Of a DNA stretch of 64,000 nucleotides, positions 24,748 to 32,979 are shown piece by piece (within the stretch, counting starts at the first letter, position 1; each line of letters opens with the position of its first letter). The DNA is from a virus. The notes below the pieces were generated by a model that saw only the letters and a program-made list of their open reading frames with translations, had not been told where the DNA came from and ran no database searches. Location: positions 3,929 through 67,928 of IMG/VR virus record IMGVR_UViG_3300047300_000657; one strand, 5' to 3'. Position numbers and translations under genes: made by a program.

Positions 24748-24927
24748 ATGTGTGAGCAATGTATTGACTAGTACATTCTCACCGACTCTTTTCTTCAACA
24801 CCTGCGAGTAACAGCAACTGTGTGTCATTGTCATACACTAAAGGCAGAGTTAATGCCGTCACCAATTCGGGGCTGGTCCTACATATCTTATTCACGATTG
24901 ATATAACCGAGTGTTAGTCACTACACT
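24748..24927 (-). ncRNA. candidate ~180-nt structured ncRNA between tRNA-Gly and tRNA-Asp
   Basis: six or more hairpins; complementary terminal loops TGACTA/TAGTCA; no credible ORF. Confidence 0.55.
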
Positions 24928-24928
24928 G

Positions 24929-24999
24929 AGCGAATAGTCAGAATCGAACTGACGCCACCTACTTGGAAGGAAGGAGCACTACCATTATGCAATATTCGC
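24929..24999 (-). tRNA. tRNA-Gly(TCC)
   Basis: CCTTC-CTTCCAA-GTAGG; T73. Confidence 0.87.
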
Positions 25000-25013
25000 A
25001 ATATTTAATTTTG

Positions 25014-25085
25014 TACCTGCGGTTAGAATCGAACTAACACCCTCTTAGTTATGAGCCAAGCGAACCACCATTGTTCTACGCAGAT
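25014..25085 (-). tRNA. tRNA with CAT anticodon (elongator Met or Ile2)
   Basis: CTTGG-CTCATAA-CTAAG. Confidence 0.8.
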
Positions 25086-25089
25086 AAAG

Positions 25090-25162
25090 CTGGTCTGGCA
25101 GGTCTCGATCCTGCGACATCCGAATTAACAGTTCGGCGCTCTACCAACTGAGCTACAGACCA
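25090..25162 (-). tRNA. tRNA-Asn(GTT)
   Basis: CCGAA-CTGTTAA-TTCGG. Confidence 0.9.
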
Positions 25163-25166
25163 TAAG

Positions 25167-25238
25167 CGCCCCTAGAAGGATTCGAACCTCCGACCAAACG
25201 GGTAGAAACCGTTGACTCTTCCGCTGAGCTATAAGGGC
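25167..25238 (-). tRNA. tRNA-Arg(TCT)
   Basis: AACGG-TTTCTAC-CCGTT. Confidence 0.87.
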
Positions 25239-25251
25239 TTATTAGTATACA

Positions 25252-25536
25252 CTATTCTTCTAATTCTATCAAGCCTAATTCTTTAGCTACTCTTTTACCT
25301 TCTTCGCTTAATTCCATGTGTGCTTCTAAGTTTTCATCATATTCGATATCAAGTAAACCTTTTTCAAATAAATCAACGAGTGTTGCATCTACAAAGCTTG
25401 TGTGCGCTTCCCACAACTCTGGTGCAATTTCTTGAGCAATTGGATCTATTGTAAATATAAATTCGCCACTTTCATCTACGCCAGAAACTTTAATGACACC
25501 CATGTCGATGTACATATTTAGAAGCTCGTCGTCCAT
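25252..25536 (-). CDS. acidic hypothetical protein
   Basis: 94-aa ORF with AGGAGG RBS right after a tRNA. Confidence 0.75.
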   Translation of the reverse strand: MDDELLNMYIDMGVIKVSGVDESGEFIFTIDPIAQEIAPELWEAHTSFVDATLVDLFEKGLLDIEYDENLEAHMELSEEGKRVAKELGLIELEE

Positions 25537-25548
25537 TTATTCCTCCTG

Positions 25549-25622
25549 TGCGCCAAGTAGGACTTGAACCTACGATTACCGAATTATGAGTTCGGGGCTT
25601 TAACCAACTAAGCTATTGGCGC
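25549..25622 (-). tRNA. tRNA with CAT anticodon (Ile2 or Met)
   Basis: CCGAA-CTCATAA-TTCGG. Confidence 0.87.
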
Positions 25623-25646
25623 TTAGTTTTGTTAAGTATAATATAT

Positions 25647-25883
25647 TTAAATGTCCTTGTCAATAGTAGTTTCAACAGCTTGTTGAACATACTCAGAAAA
25701 ATGTTTTCTTATGCTACCCATAGGCCTTTTGCCGTATGAGTTCCATAATCTTTTATATTCAATAATATTGTAGTATGTTGTTGGACATACCACATCTCCA
25801 TTATACTCTTTCATTACTGTTGGTAGTGGAACATGCTTTGTGCAACATTTACATGCTTTTGCTTGCTCTTGGTATTCACTCAT
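25647..25883 (-). CDS. hypothetical protein
   Basis: 78 aa; CKCC..H...CP; ATGA overlap with terminase. Confidence 0.7.
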   Translation of the reverse strand: MSEYQEQAKACKCCTKHVPLPTVMKEYNGDVVCPTTYYNIIEYKRLWNSYGKRPMGSIRKHFSEYVQQAVETTIDKDI

Positions 25884-27679
25884 AGTATCTGCATCCTGTC
25901 CATTGATTCTCTTAAATGTTCTGGCATTTTTGGTGGCCTAATCATGTTGTAATGATGAGTTTCTCCGTCTGCCTTTCCAAAATCATCTTCAAGAGATATT
26001 GACTCATATGTATGTATGTTTATCTCTTGATTCAAATCTGGCCTTGTTCTGCTAATTGCATTAAATATAGATCCGCATACTGCGTCTGCAAGGTCTTTAG
26101 AACCCTTTCTTGGGTGATCTACTTTATCCCTCATAATTTTTAACTGCAATAATTCATCAATAAGCAAAGGAATATACGGACCAGATAATCTTTCTTCTAA
26201 TACAACCATCGCCATGTCGTCGTAATGTTTTTTTGCTACTGATAAAATTTCTGTATTAATCCCGTACTGTTTAAGTTGCTGCATCATGTCATGAGAGTTC
26301 CATCGGTCAAATGTACATATTCTAATTTTAAACCCTGCAGTTCTTAGTGCAAGAATATAATCTTTTACTTCTGTAAAGTCTACAGATTTGTCTGGTGTTG
26401 GAGTCCAATATCTGACTGCATCAACCTCTACAATTGGTGCTGGTTGAGAATACGAATCAGTCACTTTTACATTAACCCATTTTTGAACATGTGCAAGGGA
26501 TACTGCACAATGGTCATGTTTTTGTGCAAGGTCGACATGTATAAAATATTCTTTATCTGGATCTGGAGCAAACCATGGTTCAAGTCTGCCAAACGAATCT
26601 ACTGCTAAAGCTGTGTTGTTAAAAGCTTTTTCAATCTTCTCACGTGATTTAAAGAAAGCATCAATCATTTCAGGAGGCATACAGGCAAATCTACCTAATG
26701 CGTCTGGCATATTTTTATAAAATTCAACTTTGTAATCTTCAATTTTTTTAGTAGGGTTTACTTCCCAAGAAGGTCTTTTAACTGCATATACTTTAGGTAT
26801 AGCATAAGATATTATATGGTCCTCTTCCCACTCAACAACTACCTCGTTTCCTGGGGTACCGTCTGGAAGATCCTCGTCCATTTTTAATGTAGCAACTCTA
26901 ATAATTGTTTCTTTGTCTGCTATAACTGAATCATAAAATTTTTGAATAGGATCATTTTTAAAACGAGGGAAGGAAAGCAGTATAACTTTGCCGTAATCTG
27001 GAAAACGAGAAATTACTGATGCACGATACATATCATATATAGCATCAGCTGTTTTTGCCTGATCGTGTCCTGTTGTGTTCTCGATTGCAAATCCTGAAAT
27101 TTCATCAAGGATTACAGCAATAACGTTATATCCTTCCCAAGCTTCTCTTTGAGAGTGACCTGAGTGTACTGTTATGCTCTTATCAAATTTAATTTCTGAA
27201 GCTTTTGCTTCATACTTACCTACAAACCATGGACATCTGTCAACACGTGTTTTAAATCCTTTAAAGAAAACATTGTTTGCTTGTTGTGCGTTAATAGCAA
27301 TATTTAGAATATCGATTGTATCGCCTGGTGGTTTTCCATAGTAGGTTGCTGGATCTTTTAAACATAACAAAAGATAAACCATATACGATACTGAAATAGT
27401 AGCCGTGTAGTCTTTTCCAGAGCCCTTGCCAAGCTGAGCAATTACTTCATTGCATGTTTGCTTAAACATGCGCTTTCCCTCTTCTTCTCCGAACAGTTTA
27501 ACCAGGGTTGATTCTTTATATATCTGAGAAGACTTTTCAATAAGAGTATATTGGTAATCAGATAAAGGGGGAAGTCCTAAATAGTCTGGGCTTGTTACAA
27601 ATGTACGTAGATCTACTGGACGTTCATCAAATTCTTCACCGTCTAATATATCTATAAAATCATTAAAACTAAGACTCAT
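25880..27679 (-). CDS. terL: terminase large subunit
   Basis: GKGSGKD Walker A, ILDE Walker B, HVDLA..HD, FDRWNS, DHP..GSKDLADA. Confidence 0.92.
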   Translation of the reverse strand: MSLSFNDFIDILDGEEFDERPVDLRTFVTSPDYLGLPPLSDYQYTLIEKSSQIYKESTLVKLFGEEEGKRMFKQTCNEVIAQLGKGSGKDYTATISVSYMVYLLLCLKDPATYYGKPPGDTIDILNIAINAQQANNVFFKGFKTRVDRCPWFVGKYEAKASEIKFDKSITVHSGHSQREAWEGYNVIAVILDEISGFAIENTTGHDQAKTADAIYDMYRASVISRFPDYGKVILLSFPRFKNDPIQKFYDSVIADKETIIRVATLKMDEDLPDGTPGNEVVVEWEEDHIISYAIPKVYAVKRPSWEVNPTKKIEDYKVEFYKNMPDALGRFACMPPEMIDAFFKSREKIEKAFNNTALAVDSFGRLEPWFAPDPDKEYFIHVDLAQKHDHCAVSLAHVQKWVNVKVTDSYSQPAPIVEVDAVRYWTPTPDKSVDFTEVKDYILALRTAGFKIRICTFDRWNSHDMMQQLKQYGINTEILSVAKKHYDDMAMVVLEERLSGPYIPLLIDELLQLKIMRDKVDHPRKGSKDLADAVCGSIFNAISRTRPDLNQEINIHTYESISLEDDFGKADGETHHYNMIRPPKMPEHLRESMDRMQIL

Positions 27680-28211
27680 TAACTACCTCTGAATGAAGTA
27701 CTACTGGCTCTACTATACCAGTTATTTGTGAAAGCCTTTTAGCAACCTCTAATTTACAATGAGAACATTGGGCAGTTACATCTTTTAAAATTCCAACTAA
27801 TATCTCTTGCTTCTTTTCGTTTTCTGCCATTTGAGCAGCAAGCTCTGTATTTTCCAAAACGCCTACAGACTGAAGCATTGCAATTCTTTTTGTTTCAATA
27901 TCTGCAATTAGCTTTAAAGCTGTTGCCTTTACATTCAGGGCATCTTGTATATCAGCCTGCTGAACAGTTTTCCACGCTTCATTAATAAGCATCGCATAAT
28001 GCTGATCTGCGCCAGAGATGGCTTCTCTTGCTCTGTCTTTAATATTATTATCGTTGTGTACAACAGATTTCCATTCGTCGATCAACTCGACAACTTCTTT
28101 TCTGGTCAACCCTGTGAGGGTGGCAATCTGAGTTGCTGAGTTGCCCTTAAGCAATTCCTCAACAACCTTATTCATGCGGTCAAAATGGACCGACGGCTCA
28201 ATTTCGCTCAT
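27669..28211 (-). CDS. putative terminase small subunit
   Basis: N-terminal HTH (SATQIATLTGLTRKEV), helical; directly upstream of terL. Confidence 0.6.
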   Translation of the reverse strand: MSEIEPSVHFDRMNKVVEELLKGNSATQIATLTGLTRKEVVELIDEWKSVVHNDNNIKDRAREAISGADQHYAMLINEAWKTVQQADIQDALNVKATALKLIADIETKRIAMLQSVGVLENTELAAQMAENEKKQEILVGILKDVTAQCSHCKLEVAKRLSQITGIVEPVVLHSEVVNES

Positions 28212-28243
28212 ATGTTATATTATAATCCTAGTTGACTAAAAAA

Positions 28244-28576
28244 TCAACTCGATTGCAAATTGGCAATTTTTAATAATATTAAATATCCAATCATGTCATC
28301 AATATCATTATCCCCTGCAAAACCTGAACCATTCTTAATCCTATTAATCTTATCATCAATACGGATCTTAATTTGCTCTTGATTGTCCGCCTGAGAAAAT
28401 ATACGAATTGGACTAAGAGCTGAATCTCCATACGATATGTTCTTTTTAATTAACATCTCTGCAATTTCAAGACACTGCCTAATAATCTTTTGTCCTGAGG
28501 GAGCATCTGTTGCCATTAGCTGAAGATCAGTTATCCAAGCTTGGTATCCGCCGTCTTTGTTTGGGTATCCTATCAT
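28244..28576 (-). CDS. nucleotide-modification-associated domain 1 (DUF1599-like) protein
   Basis: KKN..YGDS...RI.DK..RI...D..GY..L. Confidence 0.65.
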   Translation of the reverse strand: MIGYPNKDGGYQAWITDLQLMATDAPSGQKIIRQCLEIAEMLIKKNISYGDSALSPIRIFSQADNQEQIKIRIDDKINRIKNGSGFAGDNDIDDMIGYLILLKIANLQSS

Positions 28577-28722
28577 TATCGCCTCCTAATTAATTGAAAA
28601 CTTTCTAAGTATCTTTGTATGGTCATAGCAGATACATTGCATTCTTTTGCAATTTCTGTAACTGTTTTTTTCTGTACTACATACCTTCTATATAGCCACT
28701 CTTTACTTTGATATAACTTCAT
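28576..28722 (-). CDS. 48-aa HTH DNA-binding protein (not in ORF track)
   Basis: MKLYQSKEWLYRRYVVQKKTVTEIAKECNVSAMTIQRYLESFQLIRRR; coupled on both sides. Confidence 0.75.
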   Translation of the reverse strand: MKLYQSKEWLYRRYVVQKKTVTEIAKECNVSAMTIQRYLESFQLIRRR

Positions 28723-29285
28723 CGCTTTGTTAGAACCTCATTTGCATAATATGCAATGCCAAAAGAATCTGCAACATCAAAGTCGTCTAACGCAAGATTA
28801 TATTTTTTATTAAAGTAATCCGCCGTTCTTTGTTTACGCATGTTTCTTAATTGGTTTTTATACCAGGAATCGGCATATCCTGGATGTGCTAATCTTATTG
28901 CAGACTTCTCATCTTTTGTCGGATTCTTGTTGCCAATGTGCGCCTGCCACGAGGTAGGGCTAATTGTAATAACCTTAGCACCAGTAGACATAAGCTCAGC
29001 AATAACAACTCCATAGACATAAGACAATTTTATCACAGCATCAGGTGATCTGACAAGTACCGCTCCCTCAACCGCTATATAATCTGATTTTAACTCATCT
29101 AACATTATTGACATTTTGTTTTTAGCGTCATATATCTTTTCATAGATATCTGCACCCTCAATATTTATCTTACCCCATTTTAAAGGAATATTATTTTCAA
29201 GCAAACAAAAAGCTATTGAATTAGTTGACGCATCTATTCCTAAAACACGGTATGCTTTAGTTTTAATTAGCTCGTTTAATCTCAT
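28719..29285 (-). CDS. ruvC: RuvC-like Holliday junction resolvase
   Basis: VLGIDAS, IAVE, D.AD..GIA. Confidence 0.85.
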   Translation of the reverse strand: MRLNELIKTKAYRVLGIDASTNSIAFCLLENNIPLKWGKINIEGADIYEKIYDAKNKMSIMLDELKSDYIAVEGAVLVRSPDAVIKLSYVYGVVIAELMSTGAKVITISPTSWQAHIGNKNPTKDEKSAIRLAHPGYADSWYKNQLRNMRKQRTADYFNKKYNLALDDFDVADSFGIAYYANEVLTKR

Positions 29286-29550
29286 TAATCAGCGCCTCCA
29301 ATTTAGATTTAGATTTTGATTTTGACTGCTGCTCACATTTATAACAAATCTCTACCCCGTTATATCTGCTAAGCTTAGCTTTACATTTTTTACAATTTCT
29401 TACAGCACCGTTTTTAATAGCTTTTTTCTCATAATACTTTTCCATTATTCTTTTGTTTGTTGCAATTCTGCAACATTCGTCAGAACAATATTTTTGATTG
29501 TGAGTTTTTGGCTCAAAATCAATTCCGCAATCTTTATTAATACATATCAT
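29263..29550 (-). CDS. Cys-rich zinc-binding protein
   Basis: C....C...F.P....QKYCS..C; CKKC...CYKC. Confidence 0.7.
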   Translation of the reverse strand: MICINKDCGIDFEPKTHNQKYCSDECCRIATNKRIMEKYYEKKAIKNGAVRNCKKCKAKLSRYNGVEICYKCEQQSKSKSKSKLEALINEIKRAN

Positions 29551-30338
29551 AGTGCTGGCACCTTATACAATTCAATCTGAACTGTTCCTGTTGGTGTATC
29601 CTTTGCGTAACATTGCTTTTTAATTGGGCAGTATGTACAGGGCATTTTTGATTTAGTAGCCCCAGCTGGTCTCATGGGAAGGTCGCCATCTTTAAAATTG
29701 TCATAGACTTCCTGCATCCATAGGAATAAACCTTCTATGATCTCTTTATTGCTATCATTCATTGAAATTGGAATTATTAAAATCTCTTGTGTGTTTTTAT
29801 TTTCATACAAGAAAAAACCTTCTTTAGCATTTTTAAGCTTCATATAAGTTAACAACTGTAATTTATGATTAGCTGATGGCTTCATTTCAGCCTGCCTAGT
29901 ATCCCAGACCTCTTGCTTAGCAGTTTTAATTTCGCCAATCACGGTTTCACCGTCGTATTCCATAATAAGATCTATGAAGCCACGAATCGGCGGATACTCA
30001 TTAACAATCTCTTCTTCTTCACGAACAAACTCTGGCATGGTTGCAATAAGCTTCTGCAATCTTTCATGAGCCTGTGTTCCTTGAGCCATGTTAGCGACTG
30101 CGACTGCATCATTATCATCAATAAAAACAGCACCACTAAATGCCATATACCAATATCTTGGGCAGTTGCCGTGACCATAACCAAGTGAGCTTGGACTGAA
30201 AGACTTTTTTATCATCTCTCCATCAGCTCTTTTAGTGTTACGATATGACTCATCAAGAAGCTGTGCAAATTTTTCTGGATCAAAAAACTTACCAGTATGT
30301 TTTTTAAATTTAAGATTTTTAACTATGTCTCTAGCCAT
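29547..30338 (-). CDS. Cas4-like PD-(D/E)xK exonuclease
   Basis: CPR, GT..H, G.ID, EIKT, QL..YM, C.YCP....C. Confidence 0.85.
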   Translation of the reverse strand: MARDIVKNLKFKKHTGKFFDPEKFAQLLDESYRNTKRADGEMIKKSFSPSSLGYGHGNCPRYWYMAFSGAVFIDDNDAVAVANMAQGTQAHERLQKLIATMPEFVREEEEIVNEYPPIRGFIDLIMEYDGETVIGEIKTAKQEVWDTRQAEMKPSANHKLQLLTYMKLKNAKEGFFLYENKNTQEILIIPISMNDSNKEIIEGLFLWMQEVYDNFKDGDLPMRPAGATKSKMPCTYCPIKKQCYAKDTPTGTVQIELYKVPAL

Positions 30339-30495
30339 TAGTAAACCTAAATACTATGTCAGCTCCTAACCAGATCCCAACAATTCCCATAACTGCTGGA
30401 AAGTACGGAGGTGCTGGTACTGGTAACTTAAATGCAGCAAAAGCTCCGCCTAAAATTGCTCCTGTTAATGTAGAAAGTAATATGTCTTTTATCAT
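30331..30495 (-). CDS. XapX/DUF1427-like small membrane protein (not in ORF track)
   Basis: MIKDILLSTLTGAILGGAFAAFKLPVPAPPYFPAVMGIVGIWLG; PVPAPP...G+.G+.LG signature. Confidence 0.75.
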   Translation of the reverse strand: MIKDILLSTLTGAILGGAFAAFKLPVPAPPYFPAVMGIVGIWLGADIVFRFTNG

Positions 30496-30833
30496 TATGA
30501 ATTGTACCTAACGACATACTTAAGTGCATCTACAAGTTTGTCTATGGACTCCTTTACTGAATAATAAACGTTTTTCTTGTTATTGTTTACTGTTCCAGCC
30601 TTGTCTTTTGCAATAGTGGAGTAATAAGATGCAAGAACAGCAAACTTGGTTGACATTGCCTGAAGCTCCATAATCAACATTGGTGCTTTTGCAGAAGGCA
30701 CATCTGGATTCATTAATAATTTTACTACAATTGCAAGAGCTTTATCAAGGTGTTCATCCCCCATAAACTCATGCATGTCATTAAACTCAGTAATATTACT
30801 AATAAGCTCAAGAGTATTCTTATCTTCTGTCAT
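30495..30833 (-). CDS. hypothetical protein
   Basis: 112-aa helical ORF. Confidence 0.75.
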   Translation of the reverse strand: MTEDKNTLELISNITEFNDMHEFMGDEHLDKALAIVVKLLMNPDVPSAKAPMLIMELQAMSTKFAVLASYYSTIAKDKAGTVNNNKKNVYYSVKESIDKLVDALKYVVRYNS

Positions 30834-30920
30834 CTTTTTCCTTTCTATCTATCATATCTATAAATAAACCCAATGGGTATCCCACCATAAAGCCTATGCA
30901 TAATCCAAAAATTAATGCTG

Positions 30921-31223
30921 TCACTGATTCTTCTCCCAAAATTCAATTAGCTCTTCTAGTACAGCCCATTCAATAATTCCTAGTCTAACCTTAGACTCAT
31001 CGCCTATGATTATCTTTAAAGCTGGGTGCATGTCTCTGCTAACTTTAAATGTATCTGTGCAAATTTTTGCCCAGACATCTTTGTTCAGATTAAAAGACTT
31101 TGATGCTTCCTTATAATCAACAACAAATTGATTCCATTTAGCATCTCCCTTTTGATAATCTCCTCGTCCGCTATTTTTTTGTGCCTTAGCTCCGTCTCTT
31201 TTAACTTCTGATCTTTCTGACAT
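30921..31223 (-). CDS. putative Holliday-junction-resolvase-like nuclease
   Basis: E......A....NSG.G..KGD......D.K pattern. Confidence 0.6.
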   Translation of the reverse strand: MSERSEVKRDGAKAQKNSGRGDYQKGDAKWNQFVVDYKEASKSFNLNKDVWAKICTDTFKVSRDMHPALKIIIGDESKVRLGIIEWAVLEELIEFWEKNQ

Positions 31224-31414
31224 TATCCAACCCTGTGTTCATTTCTATGTCCGTCTGGACATGTCCAAAACAAAAGCATTTGATCTGGATCCCACCAGGC
31301 TTCCGTGGTGTCCTTGTCGCATTTTGAACAAGGTTTCTGGCCTTCTATTTTTTGAGCATTTACTGGAATCTTAACATCAGATTCTTTTTTAAAGAACTCA
31401 TCAATATTTGGCAT
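31223..31414 (-). CDS. small zinc-binding protein
   Basis: CSKC...W.C..GH. Confidence 0.7.
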   Translation of the reverse strand: MPNIDEFFKKESDVKIPVNAQKIEGQKPCSKCDKDTTEAWWDPDQMLLFWTCPDGHRNEHRVG

Positions 31415-32405
31415 TTATATCACTAGACAAAGTATTTACAACATCAGGATTCTCTTTAAGATATTGAACTGCCTTTGCCCTTCCCTGTAAACGTTCTCCG
31501 TTTACAGTATACCAAGCTCCGCCCTTTTCAACTATGCCACACATTTCTGCAACATCCAATGTCTCACCAACTTTATCTACTCCCAGGGATTCTCCTTGAT
31601 AGTAGAAGTCGTACTGTCCTGAAAGATTAGGGGGGCCGAGCTTGTTGTAATCAATAATCCAATTGACAGGTCTGCCAACTCGTTGTTCAATGATTTTGTC
31701 ACCAACTTTAACGCCCGCTTTAATCGCATTAGCTTCAGCTTCTGAAGACCATAGCTTAATGACCGTGGAAGAGAAGAACTTAACTGCCATACCCCCTGTC
31801 GGAATATGGGAGGCATGCATAGATCCAAATTGGTTTCTTTGCTGTGAGATGAGAACCAGTAGTGTGTTTTTGTTTGCATAATTTAACATCTTGACTGCGT
31901 GAGTCATATCCTTTGCTTCAGCGCCGATTTGCTTTGTATCTTGCAAATCTTTTAATTCATTGCCATCTTTTTCAAAATAAATTGCTGGAAGTAATGCTGA
32001 AATAGAATCTACAACAATAATATCTACTTCCGCTTCCATTAATTTTGTTGCAACATCAACCATGTCATTTACTGTTTTGGCTGGTGAGTAAATAAGGGAA
32101 GTTGAATCTACTCCTAAAGACTCCGCCCATTCAGCAGAGTAAGAATGCTCAGCATCAATCCAAGCGCATGTCTTGCCATTTTTTTGTGCTTCTGCAATCA
32201 TCTGTAAACAAAAAGAAGACTTTCCAGCAGACTTATTTCCCCAAATTAAAACTTGTCTACCAAAGCCAAGTCCGCCCTGCAAAGCAAAGTTTAGGCCAAT
32301 ACTTGGTGTTGGTTGCTTTTCAACAACTACATTTTGCGCTGACTGTACTCGTGCTCTTGTTTTTGGATCTAGCTTTGATAGTATATCATCTATCAACATT
32401 GTCAT
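31401..32405 (-). CDS. recA: RecA/UvsX-like recombinase
   Basis: GNKSAGKS, WIDAEH, IVVDSI, TGG.A.KF, GAWY...QG. Confidence 0.93.
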   Translation of the reverse strand: MTMLIDDILSKLDPKTRARVQSAQNVVVEKQPTPSIGLNFALQGGLGFGRQVLIWGNKSAGKSSFCLQMIAEAQKNGKTCAWIDAEHSYSAEWAESLGVDSTSLIYSPAKTVNDMVDVATKLMEAEVDIIVVDSISALLPAIYFEKDGNELKDLQDTKQIGAEAKDMTHAVKMLNYANKNTLLVLISQQRNQFGSMHASHIPTGGMAVKFFSSTVIKLWSSEAEANAIKAGVKVGDKIIEQRVGRPVNWIIDYNKLGPPNLSGQYDFYYQGESLGVDKVGETLDVAEMCGIVEKGGAWYTVNGERLQGRAKAVQYLKENPDVVNTLSSDINAKY

Positions 32406-32435
32406 TTTATCTCTTTCTTTTGTATTATTATAGCA

Positions 32436-32792
32436 TTAAAAACGGTTGCCGTGAAGTGCTGGTCGACCTTTATTCTTTTCTACCTTTTGAAATAAAATTT
32501 CATCAAGACTATGTTCAATTTGATTTGTGTCACGCATTGCTGCATATAGATCTAGAAGTCTAATAACTATATCTGCCATTTCTTCTACAACTTCTTGAGA
32601 CCCCTTGTCTTTACGGATAGCCTCCAAAACTTCAGTAACTTCCGAATGTACGAGAGCAAGTTTATTACCAATTTTGTCATAGTTAATTTCTCCATCCCAA
32701 AATCCCTTTTCAACAGCTGTCTCATGTAAAATTGCTGCAAGGGCATCTAGCCCATAATCTGTTAATAAAGTAATATCGTCTTGTCTACTCAT
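32436..32792 (-). CDS. MazG-like nucleotide pyrophosphohydrolase
   Basis: HSEV.E.LEA.R...EE.AD..IR.LD...K..KN..RP..HG. Confidence 0.85.
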   Translation of the reverse strand: MSRQDDITLLTDYGLDALAAILHETAVEKGFWDGEINYDKIGNKLALVHSEVTEVLEAIRKDKGSQEVVEEMADIVIRLLDLYAAMRDTNQIEHSLDEILFQKVEKNKGRPALHGNRF

Positions 32793-32979
32793 CGCTATCC
32801 TTTAAAGAAAATACAAAAGAAGTCCCATCTTCATTTACACTAACAACCAACTCTGAGTTTGGAACATCTGAAAAGAATCCAACGGGGATCTCTACTTTCT
32901 TAACTTGCTGCAAAACCCCAATTAAAATTTTATTTGGGTTTAATGATTTAAAATATTCCTCTAGTGGGATATCTTCCAT
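32785..32979 (-). CDS. hypothetical protein
   Basis: 64-aa coupled ORF. Confidence 0.6.
   Translation of the reverse strand: MEDIPLEEYFKSLNPNKILIGVLQQVKKVEIPVGFFSDVPNSELVVSVNEDGTSFVFSLKDSDE

Noticed and set aside
23404-24834. ORF-track entries 23404-23655, 24193-24375 and 24649-24834
   Set aside because: They overlap well-formed tRNA genes, so they are shadow ORFs.
24748-24927. Group I intron (GACTA ... AAGAGTC resemble P7 strands) or tmRNA
   Set aside because: Too short, no P4-P6 domain, flanking tRNAs are uninterrupted, and there are no tRNA-Ala-like ends.
23380-25238. Possible amber suppressor tRNA / alternative genetic code
   Set aside because: The loops CTTAGAA and TTTCTAC centre on TAG (Leu) and TCT (Arg), not CTA. 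Long genes are intact in code 11 and several end in TAG.
29547-30338. Cas4-like gene as evidence of a CRISPR system
   Set aside because: No repeat-spacer array or other cas genes seen; solo Cas4-like nucleases are normal in phage recombination modules.
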